NCBI GenBank assembly: GCA_030835135.1
Contig: JAUQWO010000076.1
Location: forward strand, 77,102 to 141,101
DNA length: 64,000 nt
Reading direction: 5' to 3'
DNA from: Bacteroidota bacterium
GTDB taxonomy: Bacteria > Bacteroidota > Ignavibacteria > UBA10030 > UBA6906
The notes beneath the pieces were generated by a model. That model worked only from the letters and a program-made list of their open reading frames with translations, did not search any database and was not told the DNA's origin. The stretch's first letter is position 1. Each line of letters starts with the position of its first letter. The translations under genes were made by a program, and so were the position numbers. This document shows, piece after piece, positions 8,178-17,273 of this stretch.

Positions 8178-10271
8178 ATGAAGGAATATACACCCGATCA
8201 CATTCGCAACGTGAGCCTCATCGGCCATGGCGGGGCCGGTAAAACGATGACCGCCGAAGCACTCCTGTTCTCTGCCGGCGCAACGACGCGCCTCGGCCGT
8301 GTCGAGGAAGGGAATACCGTCTCCGATTATCGCGCCGATGAGATCGAACGCCGCATCTCCGTCAGCAGCTCTCTGCTCAACTGCGAATGGAAAGGCACCA
8401 AGATCAATATCCTCGATACGCCCGGGTACACCGACTTCACCGGCGACGTGAAGGCCTCCCTGCGGGTGACCGATACCGCGCTGCTCCTGGTGAAGGCCGT
8501 GGAAGGCGTCGAGGTGGGGACCGAGATCGTGTGGCGGTACACGCAGGAGTACCAGAACAGCGTGGTGCTCATCATGAACAAACTGGACCAGGAGAACGCG
8601 GACTTCGACCGTGTGCTGGCCCAGGCCCGCGAGAATCTCAGCCACGACATCGTGCCGTTGCAGTTCCCGCTGAAACAGGGGCTCGGCTTCGATAGCATCG
8701 TGGACGTGATCCGGATGAAGGTGCTGAAGTATACCCCGGGCGCGAACGGCAAGTTCACCGAGGAAGAGATCCCCGCCGCTGCCCAGGCACGTGCCCAGGA
8801 ATTCCGCCAGCAGGTGCTGGAGGTGATCGCGGAAACGGATGAGAACCTCCTGAACACCTACCTCGAGAAAGGCACCCTGGCACCCGAGGAGATCAAGGCC
8901 GGACTCAAGACCGGTATCCGTCAGCGCAAACTCTTCCCGCTCGTCTGCGTGTCGTCCACGCAGAACATCGGACTGTCCGCCCTGCTCGATGCACTCATCG
9001 ATTTTGCGCCGGGCCCGGTGGAACGCGGACCGGTGGACGCGAAGGAAGGCGACAAGGAGCTGAAGGTCGCGCAGGACCCCGCCGGCCTCCCGTCCCTGTT
9101 CGTGTTCAAAGCCGTGTCCGAATCGCACGTGGGCGAACTCTCCCTCTTCCGGGTGTTCAGCGGCACGGTGGCCCCCGGTCTGGATATGGTCAACGCCCAC
9201 AACGGAAAACCGGAACGCCTTGCGCAGCTGTTCGTGATGTCGGGCAAGGACCGCAAGGAGATCGGTCATCTGATGGCGGGCGATCTGGGCGCGGTGGTGA
9301 AGCTCAAGGATACCCACCCGAACGACACGCTCAGCGGCAAGGCCCACACGCTGACCTATCCGCCGATCGTATTCCCCGAGTCCGTCTTTAATATGGCCGT
9401 CGTCCCCCGGTCGAAGGGAGATGAGGACAAGATCTCGACCGGTCTGCATGCGATGCATCAGGAAGACCCGACGTTCCAGTTCCGCGTGGACGGCGAGCTC
9501 CATCAGACGATCGTGAGCGGTCAGGGCGAAGTGCATCTGGACATGATGGTGAAGCGTCTGAAGGCCCGGTACAACGTCGAGGTGGACCTCGTGGAGCCGC
9601 GTGTGCCGTACCGCGAGACCATCAAGGCGGTGGTGAAGGATGTGGAGTACAAGCACAAGAAGCAGACGGGCGGTCACGGCCAGTACGGCCACGTCCACCT
9701 GCGCATCGAGCCGCTGAAGCGCGGTCAGGGGTTCGAGTTCCTCGACGAGATCGTGGGCGGTGTCGTGCCCAACAAATTCATCCCGGCCGTGGAGAAGGGC
9801 GTTGTCGAGTGCATGAAGGAGGGCGTCGTCGCGGGCTATCCGGTGGTCGATGTGCGCGTGGCGCTGCACTACGGATCGTACCACGACGTGGATTCCTCGG
9901 AAATGGCGTTCAAGCTTGCGGCGTCGCAGGCATTCCGGAAGGGCTTCATGGAAGCCAAGCCGATCCTGCTCGAGCCGATCTATAATATCGAAGTGCGCGT
10001 CCCCGAGGATGCGATGGGTGACGTGATGGGCGATATCTCGTCGCGGCGTGGCAAGATCGCCGGCATGGATTCGGAAGGCCGGTATCAGGTCATCCGCGCC
10101 GCGATCCCGGCGGCGGAGATCCACCGCTACGCCACGGTGCTGCGTTCGATGACCGGCGGGCGTGGCGTGTATCATGCCAGCATGTCGCATTACGAGGAAG
10201 TGCCGCGCGAACAGGCGGAGAAGGTCATCGCTGCCTCGGAGAAGAACAAGCATAAAGAAGCGGAAGCCTGA
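8178..10271 (+). CDS. elongation factor G paralog (EF-G2-like translational GTPase)
   Basis: Five-domain EF-G architecture, 697 aa. Atypical G1 motif GHGGAGKT, as in Thermus EF-G2. Confidence 0.8.
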   Translation: MKEYTPDHIRNVSLIGHGGAGKTMTAEALLFSAGATTRLGRVEEGNTVSDYRADEIERRISVSSSLLNCEWKGTKINILDTPGYTDFTGDVKASLRVTDTALLLVKAVEGVEVGTEIVWRYTQEYQNSVVLIMNKLDQENADFDRVLAQARENLSHDIVPLQFPLKQGLGFDSIVDVIRMKVLKYTPGANGKFTEEEIPAAAQARAQEFRQQVLEVIAETDENLLNTYLEKGTLAPEEIKAGLKTGIRQRKLFPLVCVSSTQNIGLSALLDALIDFAPGPVERGPVDAKEGDKELKVAQDPAGLPSLFVFKAVSESHVGELSLFRVFSGTVAPGLDMVNAHNGKPERLAQLFVMSGKDRKEIGHLMAGDLGAVVKLKDTHPNDTLSGKAHTLTYPPIVFPESVFNMAVVPRSKGDEDKISTGLHAMHQEDPTFQFRVDGELHQTIVSGQGEVHLDMMVKRLKARYNVEVDLVEPRVPYRETIKAVVKDVEYKHKKQTGGHGQYGHVHLRIEPLKRGQGFEFLDEIVGGVVPNKFIPAVEKGVVECMKEGVVAGYPVVDVRVALHYGSYHDVDSSEMAFKLAASQAFRKGFMEAKPILLEPIYNIEVRVPEDAMGDVMGDISSRRGKIAGMDSEGRYQVIRAAIPAAEIHRYATVLRSMTGGRGVYHASMSHYEEVPREQAEKVIAASEKNKHKEAEA

Positions 10272-10278
10272 GCCACCG

Positions 10279-10797
10279 ATGGAGCGCATGTGGTCACCGT
10301 GGCGGTCACAGTACATCGCCACCTTCAAGAAGAAGCCTGCAAAGAAGAAGCGGTCACGCGTCAGCCTCTTTGCGGCAGCCCTGAAGGCGAAGGATGATGA
10401 CCGCCACCTGATCGTATGGCGCGGGAAACGCTGCTTCGTCATTATGAACCGCTATCCGTACAATAGCGGCCACCTCATGGTTGTCCCGAACCGGCAGACA
10501 GCGGATGTGCAGTCGCTGACCGGGGAGGAACTTGCCGAGATCATGCAGACCGTCCAGCGCTCGATCCGGGCGCTGGACGATGTCATGCATCCCCAGGGGT
10601 ACAACTTCGGAACGAACATCGGACGGGTGAGCGGGGCCGGCGTTGCCGACCACATCCATTTTCATGTCGTCCCGCGCTGGAACGGCGATACGAATTTCAT
10701 GCCCGTCCTGGCCGATACCAAAGTGATCTCCGAAGACATGCGGGATACCCTCACAAAGCTTCGAAAATCCTTCGCAAAGACCGCTCGTGGCGGTTAA
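10279..10797 (+). CDS. HIT family hydrolase
   Basis: HIHFHVVPR histidine triad. The ORF-track N-terminus (10162) overlaps EF-G and is spurious. Confidence 0.8.
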   Translation: MERMWSPWRSQYIATFKKKPAKKKRSRVSLFAAALKAKDDDRHLIVWRGKRCFVIMNRYPYNSGHLMVVPNRQTADVQSLTGEELAEIMQTVQRSIRALDDVMHPQGYNFGTNIGRVSGAGVADHIHFHVVPRWNGDTNFMPVLADTKVISEDMRDTLTKLRKSFAKTARGG

Positions 10798-10814
10798 ACG
10801 ACTCTTCGTGCAAG

Positions 10815-11384
10815 GTGTCTAAGGGTATGGAACAGCTCACGGACCTTGACCTGGTGAATGAGGTGCGTGCGGGCGATCGCCGTGCGTACACCGAGCTCAT
10901 GAACCGGTACAAGGAGAAGATCTACTGGGTGGCCCGGCGCATGCTGGGGAACCATGCCGATGCCGACGATGTCGTGCAGGAGGCGTTCCTCAAGGCGTTC
11001 CTGAACCTGGGCGACTTCCGTGGCGATGCCGGGTTCTATACCTGGTTGTACCGGATCGCGGTCAACCTGTCGCTCAATGCCCTGCGGAAGCGCCATGTGA
11101 TGGACTACCTCAGGGAAAGCGAGCTGGCGCAGAAGGTCTTTCCGCCGGCGAAGGATGACCCGCACAAAGAGCTGGAGGTCCGGGAGCTCGAATCCCGGAT
11201 CCAGCAGGCGGTGTCCAGGCTGCCCGACAAGCAGCGCGCGGTGTTCGTACTGCGCTACTATGATGAAATGACGTATGAAGAGATCGCCTTCATCCTGAAG
11301 ACATCCGTGGGAGGATTGAAGGCGAACTATTTCCATGCACTGCGGAAGGTCCAGAGGTCGTTGAAACATGCGCTTACGGTTTGA
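10815..11384 (+). CDS. RNA polymerase ECF-type sigma factor
   Basis: Region 2 and region 4 are present (DDVVQEAFLKAF; YDEMTYEEIAFILKTSVGGLK). Confidence 0.85.
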   Translation: MSKGMEQLTDLDLVNEVRAGDRRAYTELMNRYKEKIYWVARRMLGNHADADDVVQEAFLKAFLNLGDFRGDAGFYTWLYRIAVNLSLNALRKRHVMDYLRESELAQKVFPPAKDDPHKELEVRELESRIQQAVSRLPDKQRAVFVLRYYDEMTYEEIAFILKTSVGGLKANYFHALRKVQRSLKHALTV

Positions 11385-11892
11385 CAAACGTCAGCCGACG
11401 GACGCCGAGGAGGAATCTCTCCAGCGTGCGTTGCAGGCGGAAGTGGCCAACGATCCGCCCTCGCCGGCGCCGACGGCGGCCTACTGGCAGAACCTGCCGG
11501 TCCGCGTGAATGCGGTCATCGATGACGCGACCAGCGGCCGGGCACTCTCGCTGAGCTGGGCGGCACGCGTGGCGATCCCCGGGATCGTGGCGGTGCTCTC
11601 GTTCCTGATCGGGTTGAATTACTATGCTCCGGATCGGGGAGGGGCCGTGCGATCGTTCCGTGACGTGGCGATGGCGATGCCTCCGTCGGCCGTGGATTCG
11701 TTGTACGTGGCTTCCCTGGCTTCCGGGGATACCGCGTTCGTGGGCGGACTGGAGACGGATCTCCTGCGCCTGCCGTCGGATCTGGCGCGCGAGTACTATG
11801 TTGAGAACGGCAGTACCTCGACGCTGGTGGAGGACCTCTCCGACCAGGAGGTGCGCGAGGTCCTCGCCGTCCTGAGTTCGAATATCAAATAG
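11368..11892 (+). CDS. putative anti-sigma factor (single-pass membrane protein)
   Basis: Overlaps the sigma-factor stop. One TM helix. No recognisable catalytic domain. The call rests on position. Confidence 0.4.
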   Translation: MRLRFDKRQPTDAEEESLQRALQAEVANDPPSPAPTAAYWQNLPVRVNAVIDDATSGRALSLSWAARVAIPGIVAVLSFLIGLNYYAPDRGGAVRSFRDVAMAMPPSAVDSLYVASLASGDTAFVGGLETDLLRLPSDLAREYYVENGSTSTLVEDLSDQEVREVLAVLSSNIK

Positions 11893-11906
11893 AGGAGTAT
11901 GCAACC

Positions 11907-12383
11907 ATGCGCACGGGGATGATGATCGCACTGGTGCTGGGACTGCTGGCGGTGCAGGCACAGGCCCAGCCAGGCCGTCCGGGAGATCCGCGGTTCGAGC
12001 GCGTTGAACAGCTGCGCAAGGTGCGGATGATCGACGAGCTCGGGCTGAAAGAGGAACAATCCGTGCGCTTCTTCGCACGGCTCAGCGAGTTTGACAAGCG
12101 GCGCCGTGATCTGATGCATGAGCGGCATGAGATGCTCAACAAGCTCGAGCAGATGATCAAGGACAATGCCGACGAGAAAGAGCTGGAGAAGATGTTCCCC
12201 GTCATGGCCGGCCTCGAGCAGCGCATGGCTGAGGAGAAGGCCAGGTTCTTTGCGAGCCTGTCGGACGTCCTGAGCGTGCAGCAACGTGCGAAACTGCTGA
12301 CGTTCGAGCGCACGTTCGAGAAGGAGTTGCGGGAAGCTGTGCGCGACACCCAGCGGCGGCGGATGCGGACGGAAGAGCAATAA
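11907..12383 (+). CDS. periplasmic Spy/CpxP-like (LTxxQ-type) stress protein
   Basis: Signal peptide ...AQAQA|QPGR. Helical and charged, with repeated E/K/R and LxxxQ-like segments. Third gene of the ECF module. Confidence 0.5.
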   Translation: MRTGMMIALVLGLLAVQAQAQPGRPGDPRFERVEQLRKVRMIDELGLKEEQSVRFFARLSEFDKRRRDLMHERHEMLNKLEQMIKDNADEKELEKMFPVMAGLEQRMAEEKARFFASLSDVLSVQQRAKLLTFERTFEKELREAVRDTQRRRMRTEEQ

Positions 12384-12410
12384 GCCATCATGCGTTTTGT
12401 GCGATTTTGA

Positions 12411-12445
12411 GGGCATTCGGGAGCCATTCCGGGTGCCCTTTTTCT
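12411..12445 (+). terminator. rho-independent terminator after the ECF module
   Basis: GGGCATTCGG / CCGGGTGCCC stem (2 G.U pairs), then TTTTT. Confidence 0.5.
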
Positions 12446-12860
12446 ATATTGGCCCAATTCCCAAATTTGGATGGACATTCCTAATTGTAAAAATCCTTCG
12501 AGCACTTCTGTTGAATATGTCAACATGTGCGATTGACTTCCTGCTGCTCCCCGAATCAGAATCTCAATATTTGGTCCAATTTCGCGGTTTGCTGAGAATA
12601 TTTACAACTGCGACCTTTCGTAGATGTGTGGCACAAGTGTTGACTCATAAAAGACGCTGTAGACAGTTTCACCTCCACGTTCATTTCCATCTCCCTTCGC
12701 ATTCGGACCAGCCGAGAAGACTCAGTCCATGATCCTGCATCATTCGTGTAGCGTACCGTAGGGCGGCTGGGGTAGCATCACGAAGGGGTGAAGAAAGAGT
12801 GTCGGATAGCGTGGATCGGGTCTTCTCATTTCAACTTAACACAACAAGAGAGGTAGCGCC

Positions 12861-15008
12861 ATGAAGCGTTTGATTCCTGTTTTCGGCGTGTTACTCGTAT
12901 TTGCTCTCGTGCTCGCGCCGGTGTTCGACGCGACCGCGCAGGTCAAGGTCAAGAAGATCGGCCGGTCGTTGAATCAGATGACCCTGCCGGTGAAGGGTTC
13001 TCCCGCCCCCGCGTGGAATATCTCCACGGGTCTCCGGGCGGTCGGTACCAAGAGCAGAGCATATTGGACCGTTGATACTGTTGGTTCCGCACAGGTCGGG
13101 ACCCCGACGTGGGCGATCGTCAGCAAGCCGGCCGGTTCGGCCGCGACGCTGGACAGCGCCAACGGCACGTGGATCAACAGCGTAAAGGTTGACACCGTCG
13201 GTGAATACATCGTGAGCGCGCAGGTCGGGACGCAGACCGCGTACGACACCATCTGGGCGAGCACGTACCAGGGTGTTGCCACCGATGCGAACGCTGGCTG
13301 CTTCTGCCATCCAAGCGCCACGACCATCAAGACCGCCTGGGAGAAGTCGGTGCACGGCACGATGTTCTTCCGCGGTATGACCGGTCATGAAGAGATGGAA
13401 CGCGGCAAGGGTGCGTATGCCGCCGGCTGCATCAAGTGCCACGTTACCGGTTGGGATCCGACCGCTGCGAACAACAACTTCGGTATCAAGGTGAAGCAGT
13501 CCGGTTGGGACACCACCTGGTACAAGGGCCTGGAATCCTACGCGGGCGACTACTGGATCACCACGGGTGACAGTGCGAAGTGGAATCTTCTTACCGCAGA
13601 CGAGAAGAAGCTGGCGAACATCGGATGCGAGCAGTGCCACGGACCGGCCCAGGCCCACGCGACATCGGCCCAGGCTAGCCGGATCGGCATGAACAAGTAT
13701 CAGCCGGACATGTGCAACCAGTGCCACGACGGTTCGCGCCGTCATAGCCTGGGTACCTTCTTCGCCAACTCCGGTCACTACCAGATGCACTATGGCGCAG
13801 CTGCTGAAGGTGGCCGCTCGAACTGCCAGCCCTGCCATACCGGCGCCGGCCTTTCGTACTACCTGAACAACAACATGGACACCACCGGCCTCGCGGCCAA
13901 GTGGGTCCTTGCACGCGACGCCAAGACCCCGATCAGCTGCCAGGTCTGCCACGACCCGCACGGCAACGACAACGAGTATGCACTCCGCACGATGTCGCTG
14001 AAGGGCGATTCGCTGAAGGGTGGCTATGTGATCCCGGCCCAGTTCCGTCAGAGCGCCGGTAACATCTGCATGGTGTGCCATGGTGGCCGCTACGCCGTGA
14101 AGGCACGCATCACCACCACCGCACCGTACTACGGCTGGGCAGACCGCTTCTATCCGCACTACAACACGCAGGGCGAAATGTACTTCGGCGCCGGCGCATA
14201 TCAGTACGGTGACGACAGCTTCACGGGCCTCATGACCCACGGTGGTGTGGAAGGTTCCTGCACGGGCTGCCACATGCAGAAGCGCAAGAACCGTCTCGAT
14301 GGCGGCGGGAACATGCTTGCCAACCACTCGTTCAGCATGAGCGATACCATGTTCGCAACGGGTGTGTACAAGCCGACCGACGCGTGCGCCCCGTGCCACG
14401 GCGAGATCGAAGACTTCGATGACATCCGCGCTCTCTACGACTACGACCGCGATGGCGCGATCGAAGGCGTGCAGTCGGAGGTCGATGGTCTGCTCGCAGC
14501 GCTGAAGGCAAAGCTGCCGGTCGATGCAACCACCGGCAACCCGGTCACCATGCGCAAGGACTCCCTGGCGGTGAAGAACCGTCCGGACCTCATCCAGGGC
14601 ATCTGGAACTGGTACTTCGTGTATGAAGACCGGTCGCGTGGCGTCCACAATACGAAGTATGCGGTCCGTATTCTGTACAAGGCCCTCGGCTGGACCCCGC
14701 TCGCGGTCGAAGCGACCGAAGGCATGCCGACCGAGTTCGGTCTGAACCAGAACTACCCGAACCCCTTCAACCCGACCACCAGCATCAGCTTCGCGATGCC
14801 GAAGGACGGCCATGTGCTCCTGCAGGTGTACGATGTGACGGGTGCACTGGTGAAGACGCTCGTCGATCAGACCATGCGCGCCGGCAACATGCAGGCGACG
14901 TGGGATGGCACGAACCTCTCCGGGAACAAGGTTGCCAGCGGCGTGTATCTCTATCGCATGGCGGCAGGCGACTTCGTTGCGGCAAAGAAGATGGTTCTCA
15001 TGAAGTAA
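12861..15008 (+). CDS. octaheme c-type cytochrome with a T9SS (Por) C-terminal sorting domain
   Basis: Signal peptide (cleavage ATA|Q). Eight CxxCH motifs (CIKCH, CEQCH, CNQCH, CQPCH, CQVCH, CMVCH, CTGCH, CAPCH). C-terminal NYPNPFNPTTSISF...GVYLYRM...KK matches the T9SS C-terminal domain (CTD) pattern. Confidence 0.8.
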   Translation: MKRLIPVFGVLLVFALVLAPVFDATAQVKVKKIGRSLNQMTLPVKGSPAPAWNISTGLRAVGTKSRAYWTVDTVGSAQVGTPTWAIVSKPAGSAATLDSANGTWINSVKVDTVGEYIVSAQVGTQTAYDTIWASTYQGVATDANAGCFCHPSATTIKTAWEKSVHGTMFFRGMTGHEEMERGKGAYAAGCIKCHVTGWDPTAANNNFGIKVKQSGWDTTWYKGLESYAGDYWITTGDSAKWNLLTADEKKLANIGCEQCHGPAQAHATSAQASRIGMNKYQPDMCNQCHDGSRRHSLGTFFANSGHYQMHYGAAAEGGRSNCQPCHTGAGLSYYLNNNMDTTGLAAKWVLARDAKTPISCQVCHDPHGNDNEYALRTMSLKGDSLKGGYVIPAQFRQSAGNICMVCHGGRYAVKARITTTAPYYGWADRFYPHYNTQGEMYFGAGAYQYGDDSFTGLMTHGGVEGSCTGCHMQKRKNRLDGGGNMLANHSFSMSDTMFATGVYKPTDACAPCHGEIEDFDDIRALYDYDRDGAIEGVQSEVDGLLAALKAKLPVDATTGNPVTMRKDSLAVKNRPDLIQGIWNWYFVYEDRSRGVHNTKYAVRILYKALGWTPLAVEATEGMPTEFGLNQNYPNPFNPTTSISFAMPKDGHVLLQVYDVTGALVKTLVDQTMRAGNMQATWDGTNLSGNKVASGVYLYRMAAGDFVAAKKMVLMK

Positions 15009-15036
15009 CCTGAGGCATTCGCTCAGGAACCGTACA

Positions 15037-15080
15037 GGCCGGGGCAGGTGACAGCAGTCGCCTGCCCCGGCCCTTTTTGT
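15037..15080 (+). terminator. rho-independent terminator after the cytochrome gene
   Basis: GGCCGGGGCAGG / CCTGCCCCGGCC 12-bp stem, then CTTTTTGT. A smaller hairpin lies at 15009-15027. Confidence 0.6.
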
Positions 15081-15086
15081 GAAAGG

Positions 15087-17216
15087 GTGCCCGTGCCCCT
15101 GTTCTGCCGTGTGATCCTTGTCCTGATGCTCGCCCTGAGCACACTGACCGCTGCTGCGCTCTCTGCGGACCATCCGCACCAGCGGCAATGCGGCACACTC
15201 CCGCCACCCGGGCTTCTCCGCACAGCCGATGCCACCGGCGGCATCTATCTCCCTTCCGCCGGCGTCCTCCGCATCCTGATCGTCTTCGCCAGCTTCCCTG
15301 ACGACACCACTGCCCATGCTTCTTGGCCTGCGCGCCAGGCACCGTTGTTCATGAACAGCTTCATCGATCCCGATACGCTCACGCGTTCGACCGGCCCTTT
15401 CAACCTGACGCACTACTTCCGCCAGATGTCGCTCGGGAAGCTCCACGTCATCGGCGATGCCATCTGGGTGGAATCGCAACACTCGCAGGAGGAGTACCGC
15501 GCGAGCGGTTCGTACGGGGCCGCGAACATGGCGATCATCCCGGAATCCGTCGATCCGGTCGTCGATTTCTCGCACTACGACAATTGGACCCGTACCGGCA
15601 ACTACACGCACGTGAATGCGCCGGACAGCATCGTGGACATGGTGCTGATGGTCTGGCGGACGACGATGTGGGGATATCTCGGCGAGGCATCGCTGGGCTA
15701 CAAGCCCGCGATCGCGGCGGATGGCAAACGCATCGCGATGGGGTACCCCGCATACGTTCCGATGCCGCTCGGCTCCGGGGTGACGTGCGAGTACCCGTAC
15801 GGCGACACTCCTGTGCGTGTGATGCGCACCATGGTCCACGAACTGAGCCACTGGCTCCTCGGCATCTTCCACCCCTACAACGGATCCAAACCAGACGGCA
15901 AGTTCCAGTACTGGGGCATGCTGTGCAACGGCGAACGGATGTCCGGCTGTGCGAATACCTACGACCGCGAGTTGCTCGGGTGGATCACGCCACGCGTGGT
16001 GGAGTCGCCCGCCACGATCACCCTCGGCGACTTCATCACGACCGGCGATGCGGCGAAGTTTCATCCCGCCGGCGGTGCTCCCGACGAATACCTCTATCTC
16101 GAGAACCACCAGGGGATCTCGGTGTTCGACGATGTCACGTCGGAACCCGGAGACCATGGCGTGTGGCTCCTGCACCAGCAGGGGCCGTACATCGAGATGG
16201 ACAACCTCCGGATACTCCCTGCTGATGGTCTGTGGCAGTGGACCGCAGCCTGGCCGGCGACGTCATGCTTCGGCGCTGCGGTGCCGGTCTATGCGCGCGG
16301 GACACCGGATATCATCATCGGTCTGTCGCACCGCGATCAGATCCCGACACCCGCCAGTCTGGTGCAGTGGATGCTTGCGTACAGGAACGGATCGGGCGAT
16401 GTGAGTTGCGGTCTTCACTTCGCGGGATCAGGTTTCCGCGGTGCATTTGATACGGCAGGAGTGCGCGTGTTCTCGGCCTCCAGCAACCCTGCCGCACGCA
16501 CGTGGGCGGGAGGGTCCGCGGGGCTGGCGTTCGAGGTCACCGCATGTTCCGGCAGCTCGGTGACAGTGTCCATTCCTGCTGATCCCCTGGCACTCTCTCC
16601 GGCCCGGCGGCATCTCGGTGTGCCGTCCGGCGATCCCCCCGGTCGCGTGCTGACCCTCGCCTGGGGATCGCAGTGGGCGTCCGGCCCCTCCCTCGAGACC
16701 GATGTCGTGTGGTCGGAACTCCAGCGCATCGTCGGGCCGGGAGATGTCTGGACCACCATCTTTGCCGGCGCCGCGTTCACCTTCGGCGACTCCAGCCTGA
16801 TCTATGACTCCACCGGGACCATCCCTGTGCGCTTCCGGGTGCGCGTGCGCGATGCCGGGGGGAGATACTCGGCCTGGTCGGAAGAACACCGGTCCAGGGC
16901 AGCCAGCATGACCGGTGCAGCCCTCTCAGGCATGCCGGACGATCGTGTAGTACTGTGCAACTATCCCAATCCGTTCAATCCTGCGACCTCGATCGCATTC
17001 TCCGTGCCTGTCGCGGGGTGGACGAGCGTGGTCGTCATGGATGTGCTGGGGAGGGTCGTCAGGGAATTGCAGCATGGCCCTTCGGCGGCCGGACAGCATC
17101 TGCTCCGGTGGGATGGCAAGGATGGTCGGGGAGAACCCGTCGCCGCCGGGGTGTACCTCTGCCGGCTCTCCGCCGGACCCATCGTGCGTACGCACACCAT
17201 GCTGCTGTTGAAATGA
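15087..17216 (+). CDS. secreted HExxH zinc metallopeptidase (M6/immune-inhibitor-A-like?) with a T9SS C-terminal sorting domain
   Basis: Start moved downstream of the terminator (GTG 15087, or 15093/15126). MVHELSHWLLG is the HExxH motif. C-terminus YPNPFNPATSIAF...GVYLCRL matches the T9SS CTD. Confidence 0.6.
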   Translation: MPVPLFCRVILVLMLALSTLTAAALSADHPHQRQCGTLPPPGLLRTADATGGIYLPSAGVLRILIVFASFPDDTTAHASWPARQAPLFMNSFIDPDTLTRSTGPFNLTHYFRQMSLGKLHVIGDAIWVESQHSQEEYRASGSYGAANMAIIPESVDPVVDFSHYDNWTRTGNYTHVNAPDSIVDMVLMVWRTTMWGYLGEASLGYKPAIAADGKRIAMGYPAYVPMPLGSGVTCEYPYGDTPVRVMRTMVHELSHWLLGIFHPYNGSKPDGKFQYWGMLCNGERMSGCANTYDRELLGWITPRVVESPATITLGDFITTGDAAKFHPAGGAPDEYLYLENHQGISVFDDVTSEPGDHGVWLLHQQGPYIEMDNLRILPADGLWQWTAAWPATSCFGAAVPVYARGTPDIIIGLSHRDQIPTPASLVQWMLAYRNGSGDVSCGLHFAGSGFRGAFDTAGVRVFSASSNPAARTWAGGSAGLAFEVTACSGSSVTVSIPADPLALSPARRHLGVPSGDPPGRVLTLAWGSQWASGPSLETDVVWSELQRIVGPGDVWTTIFAGAAFTFGDSSLIYDSTGTIPVRFRVRVRDAGGRYSAWSEEHRSRAASMTGAALSGMPDDRVVLCNYPNPFNPATSIAFSVPVAGWTSVVVMDVLGRVVRELQHGPSAAGQHLLRWDGKDGRGEPVAAGVYLCRLSAGPIVRTHTMLLLK

Positions 17217-17273
17217 CGGTGCAGGAACCGGCGTTCCGTGGTTGGTGTTCGAATTTGTGGAGGAGCAAGGTCC

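Noticed and set aside
7605-10442. 945-aa ORF on the minus strand
   Set aside because: It is antisense to the well-supported EF-G2 and HIT genes. Its product is Arg/His/Gly-rich low-complexity. Long open antisense frames are expected at about 65% GC.
12511-12523. TTGAATATGTCAA as an FNR/CRP box
   Set aside because: The spacing is TTGA-N5-TCAA, one base short of the TTGAT-N4-ATCAA consensus. It is retained only as a note inside the island finding.
12397-12732. 111-aa ORF inside the AT-rich island
   Set aside because: It has no RBS, an atypical (low-GC) codon composition, and a Cys/Phe/Leu-rich product with no motif. It begins inside the upstream terminator.
13300-13315. 'CFCH' as a ninth haem-binding site
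   Set aside because: A CxCH spacing is not an established haem c attachment motif. Only the eight CxxCH motifs are counted.
12891-16175. 1094-aa ORF on the minus strand
   Set aside because: It is antisense to the cytochrome and metalloprotease genes and crosses their terminator. It has no domain content and GC-driven codon statistics.
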